This document shows, piece by piece, positions 38,041 to 50,300 of a DNA stretch of 64,000 bases. The stretch is from NCBI RefSeq assembly GCF_044704955.1, contig NC_091993.1, forward strand, positions 117,428,001 to 117,492,000, in the 5' to 3' direction. The stretch comes from Pristiophorus japonicus. Lineage: Eukaryota. How positions within the stretch are numbered: position 1 is the first letter of the stretch; each line of letters opens with the position of its first letter. The position numbers were made by a program, and so were the translations under genes. The notes under the pieces were generated by a model, which was not told the DNA's origin, did no database searches, and saw only the letters and a list, made by a program, of their open reading frames with translations.

Positions 38041-39327
38041 CATATATTCCGGTGGACCAAACCTAAATGGCTGGATTTAGAAATTGCTGAAGAGGGATGT
38101 GAGTGCTAGATTTACAATCCAGCATTGTCCCTTGCCCCCCCTCCTTGAATATTTTCATCGCCACAAGTTACTGGCTGATTTAAACATTAATAAAGGCCTG
38201 CGTTGTTTGCACATCGTTATTTTGTCCGCATGTTCTGAGCTGCTCTATTTGTCTGCAATATTACAGGAAATAAGACATGTCAGGGTGATTCAATAGCAAG
38301 CATAACCTGCTTGCACGCACCTCCCAAGATGTTAACAACCATATCTGCAGGCATTGGAACATCCTCCTGGCAGCAATTGTCTGCAGTTCATCAAAGGGAC
38401 AGGTGTAGAGCTGTGCCTTCTGCTGCAAGGACATCTGCAGCTAATGTGCAGCATAAAGCTGGCACAGCCAGTGACAGTAATAATAATAACTTTTAATAAT
38501 AACTTTTATTTATACAGCACCGTCAACGTAGTAAAACGTCCCAAGGCTCTTCAGAACAATTTTACAACTCGTTAAATATTGACCATTGAGGGAAAGAGAG
38601 AAAAAGCGTGAGAAGGAAGCGTAAAAAGAGGTTAAAGGCTCGGGTCTGAAGCGGCAGCCAAAATGTGCACGCAGATAGACACAGGCGGAAAAATGAAAAA
38701 AAAATTCAAATTACATTGTCAATAATACAATAAGGAGTATACAATAGTAAAATTAGTATAATAAAGATTAATTATAATCAAACAAAATTAAATAATATAT
38801 AACATAATTATAAATTGTTAAAAGCAGAAAATCAGCAATTGAAGCAAATTAAATCAGTTATTAGCTGTCTTTAAGGTTCATTCCCTGAATGGCCAGCTAT
38901 GATCCCAATTCTGGAGGAACATGACGGGTGGAATTGTCTGAGAGCCCATGCCACCATCCATTAATGTTAATAAACAGGATATTGTGGCTGGTGCACCCTG
39001 TGGTATTCAAGGTCCTGCTGGTGGTTTGGGGGCAGCTGCCCATTAAGCACAACTCCTGGGAAGGACTTGGATGGAAATCCCAGGGTCATGCTCATCTACA
39101 TATTGTGGGCAGTTCCCTGGACCAATCCACGGCAAATGGGACGTATATCCTACTGGGGGGAGGAATATTGAAGCAAATGTTTGCCACAGAGAAACGGACA
39201 TATAGAAAGCGGCTGAGTGCATGTCTACCAGGATGTGGTTCTGACACAGACATATCACTTCACAGGGTCTCCGACTGCTTGGCCAGATATTCTTCATGCT
39301 GTTAATAAGCACTGCATTAACTACTTC

Positions 39328-39675
39328 ATCGCTTCTCGGCCTTTTGGCTAAGATCTGCATAACTAACCTGACCAGCCACCATGACGTCCGGGTGGTTTCT
39401 CCCTGGTCAGGAAGGTATATGCTTACATTTTTGTAAACAGGAGGTGGGTGGGATTGGTGACCCATCCACCTCCACGGAGGTGTGTGGGGGACCTGACCCA
39501 TCCACCTCCATGGCACGAACCTGGTATTGCAGTACTTCCAGGAACGGTGCAGTGGCTCTAGGCCTTTTGGCTAAGAGCATTGGCGCAGAGTGATCCTTGA
39601 CTGGTGCAGGGTGACCTCTGGCGTTTGTGACTTGACAAAGAATTGGAAACGATTGGCTACGAATTTTAAAAAAAA
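39328..39675 (+). mobile_element. Retroposed U2/U1 snRNA-derived chimeric element (SINEU-like, or processed copy of a variant snRNA)
   Basis: Exact U2 nt 1-28 (39328-39355); U1-like 5' end and SL1 (39359-39411); Sm-site-like ATTTTTG (39427-39433); two SLIII-like hairpins; U2 SLIV and 3' end (39520-39551); A8 tail; direct repeat AACTACTTCATC at 39319-39330 and 39674-39685. Confidence 0.8.
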
Positions 39676-39744
39676 CTACTTCATCTGTCAATCTAATTTA
39701 CATACCCAGCACTCTGTGGGAAGAGGCGGTGATTGAATTTTCCT

Positions 39745-39850
39745 TGTGTTCGAGCTCTCCCCACAATTCCCTGTGTTCTAGCTCACCACACAATTCCCTG
39801 TGTTCTAGCTCTCCCCACAATTCCTTATGTTCTAGCTCACCACACAATTC
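39745..39850. repeat. 27-bp minisatellite, 4 units alternating two variants
   Basis: TGTGTTCTAGCTCTCCCCACAATTCCC / TGTGTTCTAGCTCACCACACAATTCCC in A-B-A-B order. Confidence 0.92.
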
Positions 39851-40017
39851 AGCATAAACTCCTCGCTTGGGTCGCCATTATCCATTCCTCCTTACATTTT
39901 AACTCTCTTGTTTCCAGAATGTTCTATCCTTTGACAACAATTAGATTAGTTCAGTTTGTTAAATATAACTGAGACTATTTCAAGGTCCTGGAGATTAGAT
40001 CTCCATCAGCTGGCATT

Positions 40018-40041
40018 TGTGGTTTCATGACCTGTTTCCTG
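40018..40041 (+). promoter_or_regulatory. Putative leukocyte proximal promoter motifs (RUNX + ETS) of receptor copy B
   Basis: TGTGGT at 40018-40023 and TTTCCTG (CAGGAAA on -) at 40035-40041, about 120-140 nt upstream of the leader ATG. Short motifs, function inferred. Confidence 0.4.
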
Positions 40042-40157
40042 CTAACTACTTTCTCATTTAAATTCCTCCTATCATGTATGTTAGATTTATTTCGATGTGA
40101 GAGCTAAGAGCTGGGTGACTGGCGACAAGTGCTGACCTGAACTTTGCAAAGAAAACG

Positions 40158-40194
40158 ATGTGGATTCTGATTCTTCTCATGTGTTCCCGGCCCG
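40158..40194 (+). CDS. Receptor copy B, signal-peptide (leader) exon
   Basis: ACGATG start, MWILILLMCSRP, donor G|gtgagt, phase 1. Joins the V exon to give MWILILLMCSRPVSGA|LWANK. Confidence 0.85.
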
Positions 40195-41339
40195 GTGAGT
40201 GACATTCAGAGCGGGATATTCAGATAATCAGTGTTAGTTTGAGTCTAGTGTACGGTTCATGCAGCAGCGATGTTTAAATACTTGTAGACATGTAAAGGCA
40301 CAAGATACTCAGCAAAAATATACAATGTATAATATTTGTGTGAAGTCTTGTAATCTCTTTTTGACTGCACTATATTGTACCACACACATATTTACCAATA
40401 TATACTAAACTGCATTATTTATTGTGAATGGAAAATAAAGGGTGCATTTAATTTTTTTTAAAGCTACACGAGTAACATAATCAAGATGCAAAGGACACCC
40501 ATTTTAATCTGTAAAAAGTGATTTTTACTGTAGTCTGATGTCCAATATACACTGAAGACTGCAGTGGTAATAATCCCTCACACAGAACATGTCTGGAGCT
40601 TGCAATTGTTTCTGTTATTTAAAGTACAGCTGATGAAGTATTGCTTTATGAGGCTCTGTCAGTGACACTGTTTCTCACTGCTAGAGGCTGGGTCTATATT
40701 AAGCAACCATTTCCTTCTCACTCTTTAACTCGAAACAAGTAAATTTAGCTTTTTCACTCCCGCCCCATATTAACCTAACGGTATTATGCTATAATGGAAG
40801 ATTGGATTAATACTGCCACCTCTCCTCCATTTATGACGAATCTTTATTCCCAGCAATGCTGAACTCCCAGTCTCACCCTACCCTAAGCCACGACAGTTAA
40901 TTCTATTGCATCAAACCTCCCCATGAAGATGTGTGCCTCCAGCTAACCAATTTTACGCAGAATACTTTATGAACTTCTGTACATGCAACTGACGCGAGCC
41001 TCTGTCTGTTTGGCATCTTCCTCTTTTCAGTCCTTCCTCCTTCTGATCTGATCTCATTTACCTCCCCGATTCCACCTTTTATCTTTCCTATCTCCTTTTC
41101 CCTATCAACTCTTCTCTCTGCCTCTTCACATTTTTAACCTCCCTCCGCCATTTTAGTGTAAACTCTTTTCCCACAGCACGAGCTGCTCTCCCAGCAAGGC
41201 CATTGGTCTAATAACTGTTCAACTAAAGTCCCCCCGTCCTTAACAGGCCGCTCCTCTTCCAGAACTGGCCCCAATGTGCCAGGAATCTGAACCCTTTTCT
41301 TCCAAACCATCTCTCTAGACAAAGAATCATGTCCTTTAT

Positions 41340-44300
41340 CTCATTATTTTCTCTCTCTCCTCGCTCCCCCCCCCGCCCCACCACTATTCTCTCTCCCCAC
41401 GATGTCTCTCTCTCTCACTCTCCCTTCTCTCACTCTCCCCACTCTCCCTCCGTTCCCCACTATCTCTCGCTCTCTCACCCCTCCCCCACTCTCTCTCTCT
41501 CAACCCCACCCTTCTTCTCTTTCTCCCTTCCACCCTCTCCTCTTTCTCTCTCCTCCCCGTCTCTCTCTCTCCCCCTTAGTCTCTCTCTGTCTTCCCCTGT
41601 CTCTCGTTTGCCCTATCTCTCTGTCTCTGTCTCACCCGTCCCTCTCTCTCTCCCCCCCACCCCGTCTCTCTCCACCTCATCCCTCCCGCTTCTCGCTCTC
41701 TCTCCCCAGTCTCTCTCTCTCTCTCACTCTGCCATCCTCCCTCATCTCTCTCTCTCCCTCTCTCTCTCCCCTCCCTTCTTCACTCAGTCTCTGCCTCTCA
41801 TCTCTCTCTCCCCCTTCTCCACTCTCTCCCACCAGTCGCTCTCTTGCCCTGTCTCTCTCTTACCCCCATCTCATTCTCTCTTCGCCCCCCCCCCATCATT
41901 CGCTCTCTTCTCCCCCCATCTCTCTCTCTCTCACTAACCCGTCTCTCTCTCTCCCCGCCCTATTCTCCACCCCCGTATCTCTCTCTGTTTGCCCTCAATT
42001 TCTCTCTCCCCCCCCTTTCATCTCTCTGTCCGTCCCTCTCAATCTCGCTCCCCTGCCCCTCCTCTCTCTCTCCCCCTTCCTCCTCTCATCTCTCTTTCTG
42101 CCCAATCTCCCCCCTCCCTCTGCCTCTTTCTCTCTCTTCTCCCCCTCCTCTCTCACTCTCTCTCCCTCCCTCTACTGTCCCTGTTCCCCATTTCTCTGTC
42201 TCTCTCCCCCCCTCTCTCTCTCTTCCACCCCTCTCTTATCTCTCTCAGCCCATGGCTCTATCTCTCCCATCTCTCACCCCCCTTTTCTCTCTCCCCTCTC
42301 CTCTTTCTCTCACCACCCCCCCCCCAAGTCTTGCTCCTCCCAGTCTCTCTGTCCCTCCTTCCAGTCTCTCTCTTCCCCACCCCACCGTCTCTCTCTTTCA
42401 CCCCCCTTCTCCCTCTCTATCTTTCTCCCCCATCTTTCTCTCTTCCCCCCCATCTTTCTCTCTTCCCCATCTCTCTCTCCCCCCCATGTCTTTCTCTCTC
42501 TCTTACCCCCCCACTTTTCGCTTCCCCATCTCTCTCTTCCTCCCTGACTCTCTCTCTCTCTCTCTCACGCCACTCCACCCCCCCATCCCCCATCCCCTAG
42601 TCTCTCTCTCTTTCCCTGCTCCCAGTCTCTCTCTCCCCGCTCGCGTATCTCTCTCTTCCACACCCCCCTTTCCTTTTTCTCGACCCCCCCCTCTCTCCTC
42701 TCTCTCTCTTGCCCCTCCCCTCACGCCAACCCCCCACACCGGTCTCTCTCTCTCTGTGCCCCCAGTCTCTCTCTCCACGCTCGCATATCTCTCTCTCGGC
42801 CCCTTTCATTTTTCTCAACCACCCCCCCTCGCTCTTCCCCTACCCCCACTCCGCCCATCTCTCTCTCTCTCCTCCTTCCCTTCTCTCTCCCCCTTCCCTT
42901 CTCCCTCTCTCTCTCTCCCTCACCCCAGTCTCTCTCGTCCATGGGTTTCTCTCTTTCTTCTCCCCCGTCTCTTTCTTTCCCCCCATCTCTCTCTCTTCCC
43001 CCTCCCCCTGTCTCTCTCTCTCTCTTCCCCCGTCTCTCTCTCTCTCTTAGACCCCCGTCTCTCTCTCACTCGATCCCCCCCAGTCCCTCTCTCTCCCGTG
43101 TCTCTCTCTTCACCCCATCTTTCTCTCCCACCCGCCACCCCCCCGTCTTTCTCTTCCCCGCCCGCCGCCCCCCCGCCGGTCTCCCTCTCCCTCTGTCCCC
43201 AGTCTCTCTCTCCCTGCTCTCATATTTCTCTCTCCCTCCCTTTCATTTTACTCGACCCTCTCCCCCCGAAGTGTCTTGCTCCCCCCCAGTCTCTCTATCT
43301 CTCTTCCCCCCCATCTCCCTCTCCCCATCATCTCTTTGTCTCTCCCCCACATCTCTCTCTGTCTCTCTCCCCCTTCTCCTCTCTCTCTTCCCCATTTATC
43401 TATCTGTCCCCGCAGACTCTACCAACCCCTCATGTCTCTCTCCCCCAACACCCCCCCACTGAGGTGAATGATCAGCCATGATCTTATTGAATGGTGGTGC
43501 AGGCTCGAAGGGCCGAATGGCCTACTCCTGCACCTATTTTCTTTGTTTCTATGTTTCCACTCTCTTTCTCCGCCCCCCACCTCCCTCCCCCCACATCTCA
43601 CTGTCTCTGATCCGTGTGTCTCTGGCTCTTCCCGCTTCTCCACACTCTCTCCCCACATTCTCCTCTCTCCCCCCGTGTCTCTCTCTCTAACTTGCCTCCA
43701 TGTCTCTCTTCTCACCGTCTATCTCTTCCGCCCCCCCCGCCCCGTCTCTCTCTCAATTCCAACCCCCCGGAACTCTCTCTCTTCCCCCCTCCCCTGTCTA
43801 TCTCTATCTCATCCCCACCCAGTCTCTCTGTTCCCCGCCTGCCCTCGCTCACCCCCCGCTCTTTCTCTTCCCCCTCTCATCTCTCTCTCCACCCTCTCCC
43901 CCCGACTCCCTCTCTCTCTCTCTACCACTCCTTTCTCACTCTCTCTCCCTTCATCTACTCTTTCTGTCCACCCTGCTTCTCTGTCTCTCTCTCCCCCCTC
44001 CTCTCTCTCTCTCCCCCCCTCTCTTATTTCCCACCTCTCCCTTTGTGTGTCTCTCTCACCCTTCTCTCTCCCCCCTTTCCTCTTTCTCTCCCCTACCCAT
44101 ATCTTTCTCCACCATCTCTCTCTCTCTCTTCCCGTCTCTCTCTCCCCCTTGTCTCTCTCCCCTGTCTCTCTCTCTCTCACTCTCGCACCCCCCCGTGACT
44201 CCCTCTCTCTCCCCCTCTCCTATCTCTCTCCCCCTTTCTCTCTTGCCCCTCTCCTCTTTCTTTCTCCCCGCCACCCCGTGTCTTGCACCCCCCAATCTCT

Positions 44301-47300
44301 CTATCTCTCTCTTCCCCCATCTCTCTGCCCCATGTCTCTCTCTCTCTCCCTTGTCTCTCTATCACGCCCCCGAATCTCTCTCTTCCCCCCCACCCCGTGT
44401 CTCACTTGTTCTCTTCCCCCCATCTTTCCCTTTTCCCCACATCTCTCTCTTTCCCCCGTGTCTCTTGCTCTCTTGCCCCCCGCCCAACCTGGTGTCTCCC
44501 CTCTCATATCTCGTTCACACTCACCCCCTCTCACCTATCTCTCTCCCCCCTTTCATTTCTCTCTCCCCCCTTCTCTCTCTCTCTCTCTCTCTCTCTCCCA
44601 CCCGTCTCCCTCTCTCCTGCCCGTCTCTCACTCTCTCTCCCCCCTCCCCTTCTCTCTCTCTCTCGACCCAGTCTCTCTGTCTCGCCACCGTGTTTCTCTC
44701 TCTCGTCCCCCCTCGTCTCTCACTCTCTCTTCCCCCCCATCTCTCTCTCACCCCCCCACCTGTCTATCTCTCTCTCAAACCCCCTCTCCGTCTCTCTCTC
44801 TTTCTCTCTCTCCCATCCCCCGTCTCCCTCTCTCTCTCTCCGCTCCTCCCCTCTATCTCCCCTCTCTCCCCCATCTGCCATTTCTCTCTCTCCCCCCTCT
44901 CTTCTCTCCCGCCACCCCCCACCCCCCAGCCACCCCCCCACCCCCGTCTCTCTCTCTCTCTCTCCCTGTAATGTATATAATGACTCAAAATACTTGTTAC
45001 TGTAAACTCACTCAGGTACAAACCTGGTTCAACTTTATTCACAGCCAAAGTGCCACATGACATGATACTCGCTCTTATGTACCAGGGCCCATGCGCACGC
45101 GCACACAGCCCGATGACCTCCAACAGTGGCACCCCCTGGTGTCTGGTGACCCCAAGTGTCAATACGTAACAACATCCCCTTCAAGATCTTAGTATCAGTC
45201 TCTTTACAAATTAAGATGGACTGGGGCTCTTCGCTCATGAGTTGATCGCCTCAGTTCAACTCCAGTTCTGGGCAAGCGTTCTGAGACAGTTATGACTGGA
45301 GGCTGAGTAACTAATCTGATGGGAGCGGTAATGACCCTATCAGAGACTGAAAGTCCAGATTCAGTAATGACAGTAGAGACTTCTGATAAATGAATATTGG
45401 TTGGTTGCTCACTGACTGCATCTTCCTCAACTGGTTCCGGTTCATTCGTGTGCCGCAGTTTTATCTGATCAACATGTTTCCTGCATGTTTGCCCATTCTT
45501 GAGCATGAAATAAACACTCTGTTACCCTCCTTGGCCGTAACAGTACCGGTGATCCATTTTGGACCATGACCATAATTCAGCACATCAACTGGATCGTTGA
45601 CAGAGATGCCATGTGACACAGCAGCAAGGTCATGATACCATTGCTGATTTTGCCGTCTATTTTCAACATGATCATTCAAATCAGGATGGACAAGAGAAAG
45701 CTTGGTCTTGAGACTTCTCTTCATCAGTAGTTCAGCATGTGAGGTAAGCGCGTGAGGTCTTGTCCTGTAACTAAGCAATATACGTGACAAATGAGTCTGC
45801 AGTGAATCCTGAGTCACACATTTCATGCTTTGCTTGACCGTTTGAACCGCACGCTCTGCTCGACCATTAGACGAAGGTTTGAATGGAGCAGACCTTTCAT
45901 GTCTGATACCATTGAGTTTCATGAACTCCTGAAACTCAAGACGTGTGAAGCGAGATCCGTTATCGCTCACAACAATGTCAGGCAAACCATGAATAGCAAA
46001 CATGACACAAAGGCTCTCAATAGTAGCTGTGGACATACTGGATGACATGATAATACACTCTATCCACTTCGAATATGCATCCACCAGAACAAAAATCATC
46101 TTTCCCTGGAAAGGGTCCGCAAAATCGATGTGTATCCTCGACCATGGTTTAAGTACTGCTGGTACTTTACTTAGCTGCATGCATGTATTGCACTGATGCA
46201 CACATGATTCCAGATCAGAGTCAATTCCAGGCCACCAAACATGAGCCCTGGCAATGGCTTTCATCATGACTATGTAGTTCATGAACAAATTTTTCTCTGC
46301 CTTTCTTAGGCATAACAACACGATTGCCCCACAGTAGACAATCTGACTGAATGGATAGTTCACCTTTGCGACGGTTGTAAGGTTTGGTCTCATCACACAT
46401 TTCCATAGGTATTGCAGACCAATCACCATTGAGGACACAATGTTTCACAACCAATAAAATAGGATCATGGCTGGTCCAGATCCTCACTTGTTGAGCAGTG
46501 ACAGGAGTTCCTTCACTCTCAAAAGCATCCATTACCAACAGGAGATCTGCAGGTTGAGGCGTCTCCACTTGAAGTGTGAGCAACAGCAGACGACTCAGTG
46601 TATCGGCACAGTTCTCAGTGCCAGGTCTATGATGAATAACATAATCATAGGCAGACAATGTCAACGCCCACCTCTGGGTACAGGACGATGCATTGGTGTT
46701 AATACATTTGTTTTCCGAAAACAATGAAATGAGTGGCTTGTGATCCGTTTTGAGTTCAAAACGAAGACCAAGCAGGTACTGATACATCTTTTTGACCCCA
46801 TACACACAGGCCAAATCTTTTTCTACCATGCAGTAAGCTCTTTCTGCCTTTGACAAACTTTTTGAAGCATACACAACAGGTTGTAGCTTACCTGATTCAT
46901 TTGCTTTTTGTAGTACACAGCCAACCCCATATGATAAAGCATCACCGGCCAATACAAGACGCTTACACGGATCATAGTGAACAAGCAGCTTGTTCGAACA
47001 GAGCAAATTCTTGGCTTTCTCAAAAGCTCTATCTTGAGATACACCCCAGGCCCAGTTGTTGCCTTTTCTGAGCAGTATGTGCAGTGGCTCTAATAAAGTG
47101 CTCAATCTGGGTAAGAAATTACCGAAGTAGTTGAGTAGTCCAAGGAATGAACGCAGCTCTGTCACATTCTGAGGTCTGGGTGCATTTTTGATGGCCTTGG
47201 TTTTCGAATCAGTAGGTCTGATGCCATCAGCAGCAATTTTCCTCCCCAGGAATTCAACTTCAGGTGCCATGAAGACACACTTTGAACGTTTCAGCCTGAG

Positions 47301-50300
47301 TGCCACTTTGTCCAGACGATGTAGGGCTTCTTCAAGATTGTTCAGATGTTCAGCAGTGTCGCAACCCATGACCAGAATGTCATCTTGAAACACGACGGTT
47401 CTAGGAATGGACTTCAGTAGACTCTCCATGTTCCTCTGAAATATGGTTGCAGCCGAACGGATTGCAAAAGGACACCTGTTTTAGACAACAAGTCCTTCAT
47501 GGGTGTTGATGCAGATGATGCAGTTTCTTTGAAGTGTCGACAAGCTCCTGCGTCATATAGGCCGGCATCAGATCCAGTTTCGTGAATGACTTTCCACCAG
47601 CTAGCGTGGCGAACAGGTCATCAGCCTTTGGTAGCGGATACTGATCCTGTTTCGGAAATTTGTTAATCGTAACCTTGTAGTCTCCACAGATCCTGACAGT
47701 GCCATCACTCTTTAACACAGGAACAATAGGATTGGCCCATTCGTTAAATTCGACCTGCGATATGACCCCTTCATGTTGGAGTCTGTTAAGCTCAATTTCG
47801 ACCTTCCCCCTCATCATGTACAGAACAGACTGAGCTTTATGATAGACAGGTCTTGCATCAGAATCCAGGTGAATCTGCACCTTGGCTCCAGTAAAATTGC
47901 CAATGCCCTGTTCAAACAAAGAAGGAAACCTCTTCAGCACTTGAGCACACCAAGTGTCATCCACACTTTGATATCATTCCAGTTCCACTTGATTTTCTCG
48001 AGCCAAATTCTGCCGAACAGCGTTGGACCATTGTCTGGGACGATCCATAATGGTAAGTCGTGAACCACACCATCATACGACACCTTGACTATGCACTGCA
48101 TATGAGTTCCTTAGTGCAGGTACGCAACTTGGCATTGACTGGACTCAGCTTAGGCTTCACAGCCTCGGTGCCCCACAGCTTGTCGAATGTTCTTTGGCTC
48201 ATTATCGACTGACTCGCACCCATGTCCAGCTCCATTGCTACAGGCACGCCATTAGCTTAACATTAACGATTATCGGCTGGCTCTTTCCCAAGGATGAAAA
48301 CAGACCATACACCTCCTCCTCGGCTTGTGTATCCGAACCAGCACTGGACTGGTCATCATCAGCAATGTGATTAGCGGCACCACGTCTGCTTAGTTCTCTG
48401 AAGATGCCCCATTTTTGAACAGCCTTTCCAGATGTACTGTTTAAACTGACACTGATGAGGCCGATGATTGCCCCCACAACGCCAACAGGGTGAAATCGGA
48501 TTCGTACCAGTTGGCTGACTTTGAGCAGCTACAGGTTTCACATAAGCAGTCGAATAGGCCCTGCCATAAGCAGCTCTGTCAGACGACGACACAATCTTGT
48601 TTACAGTACTTGCCGTGGAGCTCCAACTCTTCAATGATATCTGCCTTAAATTATCATCAGTTGCCATTCATGCCTGGGCAGTCGTGATGGCCTTGCTCAA
48701 ATCCAGCGTTTCTGCAGCCAATATTTTCCGAAGGATCACACCATGGTTGATGCCTATCACAAAGAAATCTCACAGCTTGTTTTCCAACGCGTTTCCGAAT
48801 TTACACGCCTCAGCGAGACGTCTTAGATTGGCGACGAATCCCGACACATCCAGACCCTCATCACGAACATGTGGGTAGAAGCGATAGCGTGAGATGATGA
48901 TCCCCTCTTTTGGCTTTAGATGTTCACACACCAGAGCGCACAAATCCCCATACTCTTTGTCCGTTGGACGTGCAGGCGAGAAGATTCTTTGAGGTCATAA
49001 ATTTTTGGACCACAAACGGTGAGGAAAACCGCCCTGCGCCTAACTGCGTCACCAGCTTCCTCCATTTTGTTGGCCACGAAATACTGATCCAGGCAGTCGA
49101 TAGAATCCGCCTAATCCTCACCATCCACGAATCTCTCCAGAATTCCAATGGTACCCATTGTGCATGCGAAGATTCTTAAATTATCTCGTCGCCAAATGTA
49201 ATGTATATAATGACTCAAAAGAGTTGTTACTGTAAACTCACTCAGATGCAAACTTGGTTCAACTTTATTCGCGCCCAAAGTGCCACATGACATGGTAATC
49301 ACTCTTATACACCAGGGCTTGCGCATATGCGCATACAGCCCGATGACCTCCGACAGTAGCGCCCCCTGGTACCTGGTGACATAACACTCCCCCCCCCCCC
49401 CCCCACCCCCATCTCACTCTCTCTCCTCTTCCCCATCTCGCTCTCTCTCCTCCATTGCTCTCTCCCTCACACACTCATCTCTCTCTCGCCCTCCCGCTCT
49501 CTCTTCCCCACCCCACATCTCTTTGTCTCTGGCCCCCGTGTCTCTCTCTCTCACCCCTTCTCCTCTCTCTTTCCCCCCCCCCTCGCCCCGTGTCTCTCTC
49601 TCTCTCCTCCCCACATCTCGCTCTCTGTCCTCCATCTCTCTCTCTCCCTCCCATCCTGATCTCTCTCTCGCCCCTCTCTCTCTCCCTACCTCTCTCTCTC
49701 CAACCCCGCCCCCCATCTCTCTGTCTCTGGCCCCCATATCTTTCTTTTGCCTCTTCTCCTCTCTCCCTCTCCCCCCCCCCAGCCCCCGTCTCTCTCTCAC
49801 CCCGGCTCTCCCTTCCCCCCCCCCCATCCCCGTCTCCCCCCCCTAGCGTCTCTCTCTCTCTCTCTTCCCCCTCCCCATCTCTCTTTTCCCCCCTCCCGTC
49901 TCCATCTCCTTCCCACCCCCATCTCGCTCTCTCTCCTCAGTCTCTCCCTCACTCTCCCCCCCTCATCTCTCTCTCTCCCAACTGTCTCTGCCTCCCATCT
50001 CTCTCTCACCCTTCTCCTCTCACTTTCCCCCCCCCCCCACCCCCATGTCTCTCTCTCTCTCTCTCTGTCCCTAGTCTCTCTCTTCCATCCACTCATATCT
50101 TTCTCGCTGCCCCGCAACCTCTCTCCCCTCCACTCATTTCTCTCTCCGCCCCCTCTCCTTTCTCTCTTCCCCCACCTGCCCCCGTCTCTCTCTCTCTCTC
50201 TCTTCCCCCTCTCATCTCCCTCTCTATTCCCTCCCTTGCTCTCCCCCCTCTACTCTCTCTCTCCCACCTTCTCCCATCTGTCTCTCTCTCTCCCCGCCAG

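Noticed and set aside
38880-39318. Possible RLE-type (HERO/NeSL) LINE 3' end hosting the U2 element
   Set aside because: Only a faint KAAE..S.RMW resemblance across broken frames; cannot be supported without a search.
39328-39551. Functional canonical U2 snRNA gene
   Set aside because: The branch-point recognition sequence and SLII are missing, TSD plus A-tail indicate retroposition, and the upstream PSE/octamer-like matches are weak.
39745-39850. CRISPR-like array
   Set aside because: Units are contiguous with no unique spacers, in eukaryotic DNA; it is a minisatellite.
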